A stretch of DNA of 63,445 bases, filler included, from Chiloscyllium plagiosum (lineage: Eukaryota), in NCBI RefSeq assembly GCF_004010195.1. It is 3 parts of one record of this genome, joined end to end, with 100 filler letters (N's around TTAATTAATTAA, not from the genome) between each part and the next. Parts side by side here need not be neighbours in the genome. Positions count along the whole stretch, not along the records: positions 48,491 to 63,445 come from NC_057710.1; 2 more parts are not named here. The stretch is one strand, 5' to 3'. The notes under the pieces are model-generated. The model saw nothing but the letters and a program-made list of their open reading frames with translations. It had not been told where the DNA came from and ran no database searches. The position numbers and the translations under genes were made by a program. Within the stretch, counting starts at the first letter, position 1, and the number at the start of each line of letters is the position of its first letter. This document shows, one piece after another, positions 51,181-63,445 of the stretch.

Positions 51181-51719
51181 TGATTCCTGGATGTAGACGG
51201 TCTGTTTGTCACACTCCCATATGTCTCAGATCACAAGGGGGAACTGGAGACAGAAATTAACTAAAGAAGAAATACTTACAGAACACAATAGCGTGGTATG
51301 CTGCTCCCGGAAACAGCGATCTCTGCGTGCACATGCACAGGACACAAGAAACCGTCTACCGTCATCTGGACTATTAAAAACTGCTGTACCTGTTGTTTGG
51401 GAACAGATGATGTGGTCAAGTCCTGCAGTTAAGGTCAGAATCACACTGTCCCTCCCAAAGCTTTTGATTTAATAAATTTGATTGACTTGCTTCGAAATTT
51501 GAGTTTTACTAATTTTACTACGACGCAAAGTTTATGGGGAAAAGGAATAAAGAACAGATTGAGGATTATCAAATTAGCCATAATTTAACTGAATGGTGGA
51601 ACCGACATTATGCTGAATGGCCTGCTTCCATAATGTATGGATCCTATGATTTTAATTTGATGCACATTGTTAACAAATGATTCCTAGTAAAAGTAAAAGG
51701 GGACAAGTAACAGGATAGG

Positions 51720-52424
51720 TTAGAGTCAGCATGGATTTATGAAGGGGAAATCATGCTTGATGAATCTTCTGGAATTTTTTGAGAATGTAATTCTGAAGAT
51801 GGATGAGGGAGATCCAGTAGATGTAGTGTACCTGGATTTTCAGAAAGCTTTTGATAAAGTCCCACTTGGAGGTTAGTGAGCAAAATTAGGGCACATGGTA
51901 TTGGGGGCAAAGTACTAACTTGGATTGAAAGTTGGTTGGCTGACAGGAAACAAAGAGTAGTGATAAACGGCTCCATTTCGGAATGGCAGGCAGTGACCAG
52001 TGGGGTACCGTAGGCAGAGTGCAGGGACCGCAGCTTTTTACAATATATATTAATGATATAGAAGACGGTATTAGCAATAACATTAGCAAATTTGCTGAGG
52101 ATACTAAGCTGGGTGGTAGGGTGAAATGTGAGGAGGATGTTAGGAGATTACAGGGTGACCTGGACAGGTTAGGTGAGTGGTCAGATGCATGGCAAATGCA
52201 GTTTAATGTGAATAAATGTATGGTTATCCACTTTGGTGGCAAGAACAGGAAGGCAGATTACTACCTAAATGGAATCAATTTAGGTAAAGGGGCAGTACAA
52301 AGAGATCTGGGTGTTCTTGTACACCAGTCAATGAAGGTAAGCATGCAGATACAGCAGGTAGTGAAGAAGGCTAATAGCATGCTGGCCATCATAACAAGAG
52401 GGATTGAGTATAGAAGCAAAGAGG
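51720..52424 (+). mobile_element. CR1 RT fragment
   Basis: GPQLFTIYINDI, SKFAEDTKLGG, WQMQFN. Confidence 0.92.
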
Positions 52425-52566
52425 GAGCATGCGATGTTGACCAACACCCTGGAGTTGTTCAGGGAGAGGTGGGCGCCGCAGGGAGTGGAGTGCATTATTT
52501 CTCCCTCCAACTCTATTTTGATTTAGTCCCTACCCTCCCCTTCACTGTTTTGATCACACAGCACTG
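52424..52566 (+). mobile_element. Tx1/L1-clade LINE 3' end
   Basis: EHAMLTNTLELFRERWAPQGVECIISPSNSILI* resembles Tx1 ORF2 C-termini. Confidence 0.6.
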
Positions 52567-53419
52567 NNNNNNNNNNNNNNNNNNNNNNNNNNNNNNNNNN
52601 NNNNNNNNNNNNNNNNNNNNNNNNNNNNNNNNNNNNNNNNNNNNNNNNNNNNNNNNNNNNNNNNNNNNNNNNNNNNNNNNNNNNNNNNNNNNNNNNNNNN
52701 NNNNNNNNNNNNNNNNNNNNNNNNNNNNNNNNNNNNNNNNNNNNNNNNNNNNNNNNNNNNNNNNNNNNNNNNNNNNNNNNNNNNNNNNNNNNNNNNNNNN
52801 NNNNNNNNNNNNNNNNNNNNNNNNNNNNNNNNNNNNNNNNNNNNNNNNNNNNNNNNNNNNNNNNNNNNNNNNNNNNNNNNNNNNNNNNNNNNNNNNNNNN
52901 NNNNNNNNNNNNNNNNNNNNNNNNNNNNNNNNNNNNNNNNNNNNNNNNNNNNNNNNNNNNNNNNNNNNNNNNNNNNNNNNNNNNNNNNNNNNNNNNNNNN
53001 NNNNNNNNNNNNNNNNNNNNNNNNNNNNNNNNNNNNNNNNNNNNNNNNNNNNNNNNNNNNNNNNNNNNNNNNNNNNNNNNNNNNNNNNNNNNNNNNNNNN
53101 NNNNNNNNNNNNNNNNNNNNNNNNNNNNNNNNNNNNNNNNNNNNNNNNNNNNNNNNNNNNNNNNNNNNNNNNNNNNNNNNNNNNNNNNNNNNNNAGGAAA
53201 TTATAGACCAGTTCGTCTGACCTCAGTGGTGGGAAAGATGCTGCAGTCTATTATAAAGGATGAAATTACGACACATCTGGATAGTAGTAACAGGATAGGT
53301 CAGAGTCAGCATGGATTTATGAAGGGGAAATCATGCTTGACTAATCTTCTGGAATTTTTTGAGGATGCAACTCTGAAGATGGACGAGGGAGATCCAAAAT
53401 ACCAAACCTTAGAAATGCT

Positions 53420-53900
53420 GAGCAGGTGGCCCAACTCATACATGGATGCAGATATACCAACTAATGTACAAGTCAATAGCATGAATATTGAGATGGAAGA
53501 TGTGTTCAAGGTTACTCCAGTCCATGCTGGTTAACATAAAATGTGACCAACTTCACTCAGAAACTGCTAATGATCCAGACCTAAAGGCACTGAGGAAGGT
53601 GACCTCATTTAAGGATGGCCTGAAAAGGTAAAGAGTTGCCAGACATTCTCAAATACTTTTGACCTTTATAGAAATGAGCTTAGCATCTTAAGTGGTATTA
53701 TCTTCAAAGGAAGATAAGTTTTTTTTTCTGAAGGTCTCTGCCAAGAATATCATCACAACTACACTAAGGATTTGTGGGCGCAGAACAAATGAGATGATCG
53801 CACGTGGTACAGTCAGCGACCGCAGATCAAATGTGACAATGATCTATCAGTGAGAATGTTTATCAGAGTCACCAGCCACAGAAAAATAGAGAACCTCTTC
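53420..53900 (+). mobile_element. Ty3/Gypsy pol fragment (RNase H-integrase linker)
   Basis: ETANDPDLKAL..GWPEKV..RNELSILSGIIFKGR in broken frames. Confidence 0.7.
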
Positions 53901-54388
53901 ACCATCATGGCTCAGTGATTAGCACTGCTGCCTCATAGTGCCAGGGAGCCGGATTCGATTCCAAATCTGTCTGTATGGAGTTTGCACATTAACCTCATGT
54001 GGGAAACGTATGGGTTTTCTCCAGGTGTTTCAGTTTCCTCCCACAGTCCGTGGATGTGCAGATTTAGTGGATTGACCATACTGAATTGTCCACAGTATCC
54101 AGGGATGTGCAAGTTAGGTGGATTAGCGATGGGAATGCAAGGTTACAGGGATAGGATAGGGGTCTGGGTGGAATGCTCTTTGAAGGGTTGGTGTGGACTT
54201 AATGGGCCAAACGGCTTGCTTTCATAGTGTTGGGACTCTAATTCAGATTCAAAATTACCACTAATCTCTTTACCATAAATGTGGACTGTATCCTCGTGTT
54301 GGGGATGGAATAAATTATGCAGTGGGTGACTCGCTCATGGCAGTCCACTTTGGAGGAACAATGAATCATGCCACATAAAACTTGATTC

Positions 54389-54710
54389 GAATAGATTCCC
54401 TACAGAATGCAAACAGGCCCTTCGGCCCAACAAATCCACACTGACCCTCCGAAGAGTAACCCACACAGACACATTGCCCTACATTTGCCCCTAACTAATG
54501 CAGCTAACACAATGGGCAATTTAGCATGGCCAATTCACCTGACCTGCACATTGTTGGATTGTGGGAGGAAACTGGAGCACCTGGAGGAAACCCACGCAGA
54601 CACAGGGTGAATGTGCAAACTCCACACGGACAGTCGCCCAAGGTGGGAATCAAAACTGGGTCCCTGGCGCTGTGAGGCAGCAGTGCTAACCACTGAGCCA
54701 CCATGCCTCC
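54389..54710 (-). mobile_element. HE1 SINE (plus-strand copy also at 53905-54240)
   Basis: Consensus match on the minus strand. Confidence 0.9.
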
Positions 54711-55269
54711 CCAGAGTTATTGGCTGTTTATTCGTGAGCTCACGGGGAGAGATATGTCGACCTAATGGTCAGAAGTCACTCCGACGAGATATAGAAAGTT
54801 GCATGATTGAATAGGTTTCTATCAGTTAACAATTAGCAAACGGTTAATTTCAGTACAATGAGTAAGTAGGCAGTTTGCCCAGTCACTAGCCCCAATCACG
54901 TAGTGTCTGGGCAGTGCTAGTAGCTGATAAGCAAGTGTTGGTTTACATTAGATTCCTGTAAAAGAAGAACATTCCCATGCTGGGAAAGAGTTTCACTGTC
55001 ATATGTTAGTATAACTGCAATGTCAACCACCTCACCGAGCCTGGGAATGCACACGCTTAGGAAGCAGACACTAACATGAGATTTAAAATGGTTTTCAGGT
55101 TTTTAATATGTAACAAGATGGCTGCTTTGGTTATAAAAGATTTCCCACACCTAGCCACCAATTATTTCTCCAAATTTACAATTGTCGGACAAGTATAAGT
55201 AAGTATAAATCTGTAAGGTTTTCCTCTGGTACCACCACCTTCTCTGGCAGTTTGTTCCATACGTGCACC

Positions 55270-56760
55270 ACAGTCTCGTGAAAATTGGGCCCTTGAAGAC
55301 AGAAACAGGGGAATATATTACAGGGAACAAAGAAATGGCAGAAGAATTGAATTGGTACTTCAGATCTGTGTTCACTGGGGAAGACACAAGCAATCTCCCT
55401 GAGGTAACAGTGGCTGAAGGACCTGAACTTAAGGGAATTTATATTTGCCAGGAATTGGTGTTGGAGAGACTGTTAGGTCTGAAGGTTGATAAGTCCCCGG
55501 GGCCTGATGGTCTACATCCCAGGGTACTGAAGGAGGTGGCCCGAGAAATNNNNNNNNNNNNNNNNNNNNNNNNNNNNNNNNNNNNNNNNNNNNNNNNNNN
55601 NNNNNNNNNNNNNNNNNNNNNNNNNNNNNNNNNNNNNNNNNNNNNNNNNNNNNNNNNNNNNNNNNNNNNNNNNNNNNNNNNNNNNNNNNNNNNNNNNNNN
55701 NNNNNNNNNNNNNNNNNNNNNNNNNNNNNNNNNNNNNNNNNNNNNNNNNNNNNNNNNNNNNNNNNNNNNNNNNNNNNNNNNNNNNNNNNNNNNNNNNNNN
55801 NNNNNNNNNNNNNNNNNNNNNNNNNNNNNNNNNNNNNNNNNNNNNNNNNNNNNNNNNNNNNNNNNNNNNNNNNNNNNNNNNNNNNNNNNNNNNNNNNNNN
55901 NNNNNNNNNNNNNNNNNNNNNNNNNNNNNNNNNNNNNNNNNNNNNNNNNNNNNNNNNNNNNNNNNNNNNNNNNNNNNNNNNNNNNNNNNNNNNNNNNNNN
56001 NNNNNNNNNNNNNNNNNNNNNNNNNNNNNNNNNNNNNNNNNNNNNNNNNNNNNNNNNNNNNNNNNNNNNNNNNNNNNNNNNNNNNNNNNNNNNNNNNNNN
56101 NNNNNNNNNNNNNNNNNNNNNNNNNNNNNNNNNNNNNNNNNNNNNNNNNNNNNNNNNNNNNNNNNNNNNNNNNNNNNNNNNNNNNNNNNNNNNNNNNNNN
56201 NNNNNNNNNNNNNNNNNNNNNNNNNNNNNNNNNNNNNNNNNNNNNNNNNNNNNNNNNNNNNNNNNNNNNNNNNNNNNNNNNNNNNNNNNNNNNNNNNNNN
56301 NNNNNNNNNNNNNNNNNNNNNNNNNNNNNNNNNNNNNNNNNNNNNNNNNNNNNNNNNNNNNNNNNNNNNNNNNNNNNNNNNNNNNNNNNNNNNNNNNNNN
56401 NNNNNNNNNNNNNNNNNNNNNNNNNNNNNNNNNNNNNNNNNNNNNNNNNNNNNNNNNNNNNNNNNNNNNNNNNNNNNNNNNNNNNNNNNNNNNNNNNNNN
56501 NNNNNNNNNNNNNAGAAACTTGTTCACCCAGAGAGTGGTGGCTGTGTGGAATGCTCTTCCCCAGAGGGCAGTGGAGGCCCAGTCTCTGGGTTCATTTAAG
56601 AAAGAGTTGGGTAGAGCTCTCAAGGATAGTGGAATCAAGGGTTATGGAGATAAGGCAGGAACAGGATACTGATTAAGGATGATCAGCCATGATCATATTG
56701 AATGGTGGTGCAGGCTTGAAGGGCAGAATGGCCTACTCCTGCACCTATTGTTTATTGTCT
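55270..56760 (+). mobile_element. CR1 ORF2 spanning an N gap
   Basis: DKSPGPDGLHPRVLKEVA before the gap; FTQRVVAVWNALP and 3' UTR after it. Confidence 0.9.
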
Positions 56761-57726
56761 TTTGAAAAGGTTACTCTTCGGGTCCTTTAAACTCTTTTCT
56801 CTCTTGCCTTAAACCCATACCCTCCAGTTTTGGACTCCCCCACTTTTGGAAAAATACCTTGGCTATTCTTCCAATCCATACCCTTCCTGATTTTATAAAC
56901 TTGTGCAAGGTCAGCCCTCTGCCTCTGACACTCCAGGGAAAAAAGCTTCAGCCTATTCAGCATCTCCCTATAACTCAAACGCTCCAATCCCAACAACTGC
57001 TTTGTAAATCCTTTCTGCACCCTCTCAAGTTTAACATCTTTCCTACTGAAGGGTGACTAGAATTATGTACAATACTCTAAAAGTGGCCTCATCAGTATAC
57101 TATACAACCCCAACATGACATCCCATCTCCTAATATCGCCAACAGAAAGCTATTAATTAGTTAATTGCATCTACACTTTCCTTTCATTTGATATAGTCCT
57201 TTTAACTACATCCAAATTGAGGCACTATTATCTCTATTTGAGGCCATGTCAGTTTTCCCTATCACTATGCCATAATTCTCGGCATCCTCATTAATTTATC
57301 ATTCTATCTGTATTGGGATCTCTAGAGAAACCTTCCAGTACAGCTTTTTAAAAAAAGTCCATTATATTTTTAAAACAGAAACCAAGTATGACTGTGTGGT
57401 TTCAAGCATCACTAAATTCTGCTTGTTTGCTCTGATATAAAAGAAATTCTCAAAGGTATCATGCTAACATATACTCAACTTTCCTTTCTTTTAAAGTGAT
57501 CCTAAATTCAAGGATGGCAACAGTAGACTTGAAGGTTTCTTTTATGTACAGCCTCAGCAGTTTTGTTCAGATGACAAGTTTCATTAGTGGTCAGTTAATT
57601 TCTTTCAAAATAATCTTTCCCCGCTTGTTTTGATACAAATTAAATCGATCTCGGCTGTTTCCATTGGCTCTTGTTTTAAATTTCAGAAACAGTTATGTCC
57701 AGGCTTGGTGGTTTTAAACAATGATT

Positions 57727-57867
57727 TTATATTGGAAATTCAAGCAATTTTTTCAATTCAAGTTTCTCCTGTTCCCAAAGACTTTGTCTCAGCAAGATTT
57801 CCAGGTCCCTCATGGAGTTGTGAAATCTACTTAAAAACCCCAATGGGTTAATAATGCCCAAATCTAT
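57727..57867 (-). CDS. Candidate terminal coding exon of an unidentified host gene
   Basis: ttctgtatttctaaatttacag acceptor; only phase 0 is open: IDLGIINPLGFLSRFHNSMRDLEILLRQSLWEQEKLELKKLLEFPI*; AT-rich non-repeat sequence downstream. Confidence 0.45.
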   Translation of the reverse strand: MDLGIINPLGFLSRFHNSMRDLEILLRQSLWEQEKLELKKLLEFPI

Positions 57868-58015
57868 CTGTAAATTTAGAAATACAGAATTTATTCCTAT
57901 CCAAAATCACACCCCACACCACACAGAGAAGCTTCATAGATTTCAAAGATGTCAACTGAAAGAGCTTACTTTGTTGGTCTGTGGAGGGACAGGGCCCAAA
58001 TAACTGGGTGAAGTC

Positions 58016-58530
58016 AGACCATAAGACATAGGAGTAGAAGTAAGGCCATTCGGCCCATCAAGTCCACTCCGCCATCAATCATGGCTGATAGACATTTCAA
58101 TTCCACTTACCCGCACTCTCCCTGTACCCCTTAATTCCTTGCGAGATCAAGAATTTATCAATCTCTGCCTTGAAAATATTTAACGTCTCGGCCTCCACTG
58201 TGCTCCTTGGCAGTGAATTCCACAGGCCCACCACTGTCTGGTTGGAGAAGTGTCTCCTCATTTCCATTCTAAATTGACCCCCTTTAATTCTAAGGTTGTG
58301 CCCATGGGTCCTAGTATTCCTGCCCAGCGGAAACAAATTCCCAGCATCCACCCTTTCTAAGCCATGCATTACCTTGTAAGTTTCTATTAGATCTCCCCTC
58401 AACCCTCTAAACTCTAATGAATACAATCCCAGGATCCTCAGCTGTTCATTGTATGTTAGGCCTACCATTCCAGAAATCATCCGTGTGAATCTCCGCTGAA
58501 CACGCTCCAGTGCTAGTATGTCCTTCCTGA
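58016..58530 (-). mobile_element. CR1 3' end
   Basis: ORF 58097-58480; agaccataagacatagga tail. Confidence 0.92.
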
Positions 58531-59869
58531 AAAGTTATGTTGTACTTTCACATACACTGTTTAAAAATCTTTCAAAATCTTCTGATAATTTCAATCTGGC
58601 TTTTAAAATTCCTGTCTTAAAAGAAACCTTTAAGATTTTTTTTAAAGACCTTCTTCAAAGAAGTAACGTAAGTAAGTAAGTATTCATTTCTCTTTCTAAA
58701 TTTTGAGTTCAAGTTGGATATCGCCCAAAAGGATGACATGTTTTGAGAACAAGCTAAACCATTTTTTCCATTACAGTCTTTTCTACAGCAGTTTATAAAA
58801 GACACTTTTAATATTTTTTTCATGAAATAAGATTTGAAAACCTTAAACCTATGATGCCAACAGACTACGCCCTATTTTAGTACAGATTTCAGTCAGATGT
58901 AAGAGATGCTCTCATTGTAATTATCATGAGAGTACAATCCAATTCTCACAAACTGTTTATTTAACTTCACTGGGGGAAAGGGAATTGTTGATCTCTTCTT
59001 CAGCTGTGTCTAATGATTAATTTGCCCACCTCTTTCAGCTCCTTGGTGACATTACACACTGACTGTCTCAATACATCGGGATGAAACAGTGGGGAAATGC
59101 TTGACTTGTCTTTCATGTAATAGTCCCAGCTGTTGACTATTCAAATTTCTGTCTGGGATGTTTTGATGTCGCTAAATCAAAGGAGTGGTCCACGTTACCA
59201 TCAGTTTCAAAGTCAATATGCTGTTTCTCTAGTTGCAATACTAAAAAAAAAACCGAAAAAAACTACGGATCTGTAAATCAGAAATAAAAACAGAAGTTGC
59301 TGGAAAAGCTCAGCAGGTCTGGCAGCATCTGTGAAGAGAAATCTGAGGAAGGGTCATGGGACATGAACTCTGATTTCTCTTTACAGATGCTGCCAGACCT
59401 GCCAAGCTTTTGCAGCAATTTCGATTTTTGCCCAGTTGCAAGGTTGAATCCACTTGCAGCCTTTTACTCGTATTATGTATGATGGGTACATTACTCTCCT
59501 GTTGGTAATCATCTTTACCCCATGGCTTTTTTTAACCAATTCCTGCAGCTTTTTATTGTCCTTATGCAATTGTAAAGCACACAAATGGGCACAATAGGCT
59601 ATCTTAATTTCAGACTGTTTCTAACTCTGTTATTCCTTCCATAACCTTTTTGGAAAGTCTATCTCAACACACTCAATTACTATTAACATATTTCTACAAT
59701 TTTCAGTACAGTCCCTCTACTTATGATCCTAATTTTTCCAGTAAACTATCAATCATATTATGGTAACTAAGACCACTACTATCCCCAGCTTCTCTGACTT
59801 AAAGCCAACTTAACCCCAACTTCTGTGATCCTATTGTCATCGCTAATTTTGTTTTAGGGATTCATGACA

Positions 59870-60238
59870 TTTAAATTATGAAGGGAATAGATCAGATAGA
59901 AGTAGAGAGGATGTTTCCACTGGCAGGTGAAACTAGGACAAGAGGGCATAGCCTCAAAATGAGGGGGAGCAGATTTAGGACTGGATTGATAAGGAACTTA
60001 TTTATTCAGAGGGTTGTGAATCTGTGGAATTCCCTGCCCAGTAAGTTGGCGTTACTTCGTAAATGTTTTTAAGGCTAACATGTATTTTTATTGAACAATA
60101 AAGGAATTAAGGGTTATGGTGACAGGGTGGGTAAATGGAGCTGAGGCCTTGAAAAGATCAGCCATGATCTTATTGAATGACGCAGCAGCTCCAAGGACCA
60201 GATGGTCTACTCCTGCTCCTGGTTCTTATGTTTGTATG
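59870..60238 (+). mobile_element. CR1 3' end
   Basis: TRTRGHSLK..QRVVNLWNSLP. Confidence 0.88.
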
Positions 60239-60398
60239 ATATCAGTTACTTACATCAATGGAGCATTTCACTTGATTCCCATTGACTCCAGTTTTGTCAG
60301 GGCTTGTTGATGCTGCACTCAGTCAACTGTGCCTTCAAGGGCAGTCACTCTCATCTTACCTCTATAAGTTTGGCTCTTTTTCCCATGTTTGAACTAAG

Positions 60399-61026
60399 TC
60401 AGAGACAAAAAAAAAGCTGCAGATGCTGGAATCCAAAGTAGACGAGCAGGAGGTTGGAAGAACACAACAAGCCAGGCAACATCAGGAGGTGCAGAAGGCA
60501 ACGCAGGGGCTGACCTGACCTCCCAGTCACCACCCATTTTAATTCCCCTTCCCACTCCCTTTCCGACATGACCATCTTTGGCCTCCTCCATTGCCGCAGT
60601 GCATCAGACTGCAAATTGGTGGAAGAACACCTCATCTTCCACCTGGGCAGCCTACAGCCCGAGGGACTCAACACTGAGTTCTTCAATTTCAAATAACCTC
60701 CTGTCCCATCACTCGAATCCCTTCCCAGTCCCTCCCCCTCCCTTCCATTTCTCTCATCAACCCTTTCTTCAGCTACCAACCGGAGTCATTCCTCCTATCG
60801 ACCAACCAGATCGTACCCTTTACCAAGGTAGGTATTTACTTATCCCTACCTCACAACTCCGTCCCTCTACCAACCCAAAACCCTCCACCACCATCTCCCC
60901 ACTTATCTGCAGCAGCCCTCTGTACACCCAGTCCAGTCCTGAAGAAGAGTTACACCCGAAACATTGACTTCTCCACCTCCTGATGCTGCCTGGCTTCCTG
61001 TGTTCTTCCAGCCTCCTGCTTGTTTA
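60399..61026 (+). mobile_element. 5'-truncated PLE with inverted terminal repeat at its 5' end
   Basis: GIY-YIG tail EEHLIFHLGSLQPEGLN; TSD ccatgtttgaac at 60383-60394 and 61027-61038; decayed hammerhead at ~60938-60965. Confidence 0.88.
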
Positions 61027-61756
61027 CCATGTTTGAACCAAGGCTGTAATGAAATCAGGAGCTGAGTGGTCCTGGTGAAACTCAAACTGGGCGACAGTGA
61101 GCAGATTATTGCTGAGTAGGTGCTGATGATATACTGTTGACAATTCCTTTCAGCAATTTACTGATAGACAATGAAGGCTATCCTCAATGTGAAGACAGGC
61201 CTTATCCTCCACAAGGACTGTATGGTGATCATTCCTATCTCTGTTAGGTCTGTACTGTGAGTGGGAAAAGAAATATCCAGGGATGGTGATGCAATATTGT
61301 CTGTAAGGTGCGATTCTGAGAGTATGACTACCTCAGCCTTGCTGACCCACCTGAGAGAAAGGTCTCCCAATTTTGGTGCCTGCCTCCAGATATTAGTAAG
61401 GAAGACATTTAAAGGTGAACAGGACTGAATTTACTCCTGTTGATTCTGGTGCCTAGGTCAAAGGTTCATATCAAGTGGACCCTCCAGCTTCGTTCCTTTT
61501 TTGAAGTTTTTGATTGCTTTGATACATCTGCTAAGCCTTTTTTTTCAATGCTTTTAAGAGTCAACCACGTTATGGGTCTGGAATCACATGTCGACCAGAC
61601 CAAATAAAGATAGCAAATTTCCTTCCATAAAGGTATTTGTGAACCAGATGGATTTTTTTTTATGACAATCAACAATAGTTTGATGGTCAACAACAACAAA
61701 ACCAGAAATTGCTGAAAAAACTCAGCAGGTCTGGCAGCATCTGAAAAATCAGAGTT

Positions 61757-61786
61757 AATGTTTCAGGTCCAATGACCCTTCCTCAG
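61757..61786 (-). ncRNA. Minimal hammerhead motif (PLE family 2)
   Basis: CUGAGGA-A-GGGUC-AUUG-GACCU-GAAA-CAUU. Confidence 0.55.
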
Positions 61787-61989
61787 AACTGAAGAATAGT
61801 TTCGTGGTCACCAGTAGATTTTTTTTTAAATTCAAATTTCACTCTCTGCCATGATAGAATTTGAACCACTGTTCGACCACCTCTCCCTTTAAACTGCTGC
61901 TGAGGATCTCCATCCACTTTTCTGTCACTCTCATAGGCCTTCTCTCCCTCAATTCCTACTCTCCCATGTATTCTGTTCATCAGGAATGT

Positions 61990-62464
61990 GTAAGTATCCT
62001 ATCCAGATGCATCAGGGCTTGGTATGGTAACTGCTCTGTCCAAGACTACAAGAAATTACAGAGAGTTGTGAACACAGTCCAATCCATCACACAAACCAGC
62101 CTTCCATCCATTGACTCTGTCTATACTTCCCATTGTGTTGGGAAAGCAACCAACATAATCAAAGACTCCTCCCACCTTGGTTATTCTCTCCTCCACCCTC
62201 TTCTGTCAGGCAGAAGGTGCAAACGTTTGAAAACATGTACCAATAGATTCAAAAAAGCTTCTTCCCCAATGTTATCAGACTTTTGAACAGACCTCTCATA
62301 TATTAAAGTTGATCTTTCTCTGCACCCTCTCTGGAGCTGTAACATTAGATACTGCATTCTTTTCTGTTACCCTGACGTACTTATGAAAGGTATGATTTAC
62401 TTGGATAGCATGCAAAACAATACTTTTCACTGTATTTCGATACATTTGACAATAATAAATCAAA
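61990..62464 (+). mobile_element. Rex1/Babar LINE 3' end
   Basis: AWYGNCSVQDYKKLQRVV..LLSGRR..TNRFKK; caataataaatcaaa tail. Confidence 0.88.
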
Positions 62465-63289
62465 GTCCAGTATATTCAACTAACAGAAAAGAAATTGTCA
62501 TATTAGTTAGTGAATGAGGCAAATCGAAAATGATGAAAGGATAATGAGAGAAGTGACAATAGGACAGTGAGTCCAAGAGGGTTAGAAGTTGAGTACTCAG
62601 ATCAGGGATAACCGCTGCAAGCTGACTCATCTGTAACACACCCACCAATGAAGTGCAAGAATGAGTCTATGTTCAAGATTGTGGATTTATATGGTCAACT
62701 CAACTCCCTTTTTGAGTCGCACATGCCCACATCCTGTTTGCTTTTCACTGTTTATCATGAGACTTGAGCTGTCCATGTAGATAGCCCATGTAGATAGCCC
62801 ATCCTTTGAAGTGTATTCCATAGTGTATGCTTTAAAGCCACTTTGGGTGTCTCATACTCCTGAGGCAATGTGAAAATAGGGCTTTCACCTGTAATTGAGG
62901 TTTGCTGCTTGTTTAGGGTCACTAATCATTATTCCACTATAGTCTCATACCTTCCAAATAGAGGATCCATCTGGTGACCAATGCAATGGGTAGAATCCCT
63001 TCCTTAATTACCTCAACAAGGAACAGATGGGATGTAAGGATTAATAGGTTAATGGACAGAATCCTGTGAATACTAAAATTTCTCATAACTGAAAAGGTGG
63101 CCATTCAGCAATAGAATAATCTTTGTGTGTGACAGAATACATGGGAGAGTAGGGATTGATGGAGAGAAGGCCTATGAGAGTGACAGAAAAGTGGATGGAG
63201 ATCCTCAGCAACAGTTTAAAGGGAGAGGTGATGGAACAATGGTATTGTCATGGGATTAGGAGTTTAGAGATCCAGGTAATATTCTGGGG

Positions 63290-63445
63290 AGCTGAAAAAG
63301 TGTTGCTGGAAAAGCGCAGCAGGTCAGGCAGCATCCAAGGAACAGGAGAATTGACGTTTTGGGCATAAGCCCTTCTTCAGAAATGAGGAAAGTGTGTCCA
63401 GCAGGCTAAGATAAAAGATAGGGAGGAGGGACTTGGGGGAGGGGC
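63290..63445 (-). mobile_element. PLE terminal repeat, truncated by the window end
   Basis: Near-identical to 29680-29835. Confidence 0.88.

Larger units (their letters stand above)
45155..51525 (+). mobile_element. ERV-A provirus (LTR-PBS-gag-[inserts/gap]-IN-env-PPT-LTR), degenerate
   Basis: Homologous LTRs at 45155-45531 (5'-truncated) and 51245-51525; PBS 45535-45552; PPT aagggggaac 51235-51244. Confidence 0.92.

Noticed and set aside
53303..53395. Segmental duplication with 51720-51812
   Set aside because: Both are the same segment of an abundant CR1 family.
54711..55076. Possible additional solo LTR on the minus strand
   Set aside because: A TG start and AATAAA are present, but no defensible second boundary, TSD or PBS.
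51983..56672. Long ORFs of 407, 469 and 399 aa
   Set aside because: Made mostly of N gaps joining LINE fragments.

Overview
Vertebrate genomic DNA, very probably a cartilaginous fish (shark): it carries many HE1-type V-SINEs and HER1/CR1 LINEs. Most of the window is nested retroelements: CR1/HER1 LINEs, Rex1/Babar, Tx1-like and L2/CR1-group LINE fragments, three tRNA-headed SINE families, Penelope-like elements (PLEs), a Gypsy pol fragment, a solo LTR and a Harbinger Myb/SANT remnant. Three distinct endogenous retrovirus remnants are present. (A) 45155-51525 (+): LTR, PBS(Ser), gag with two zinc knuckles, [gap], IN, env, PPT, LTR. (B) 30790-32322 (-): CpG-rich LTR, PBS(Pro), leader and gag start. 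(C) 32860-35249 (+): IN, env with an internal deletion, PPT, LTR. The most striking recurrent structure is a set of ~90-220 bp, mostly palindromic, target-site-duplicated insertions made only of PLE terminal repeats and carrying minimal type I hammerhead ribozyme motifs; two copies have identical arms. No recognisable intact host protein gene was found. A TE-poor CpG island region (~18-22 kb), a chain of plus-strand exon candidates and one minus-strand terminal-exon candidate suggest unannotated host transcripts. Four N gaps, two with an artificial TTAATTAATTAA linker, limit interpretation. Family names come from motif recognition, not database searches.
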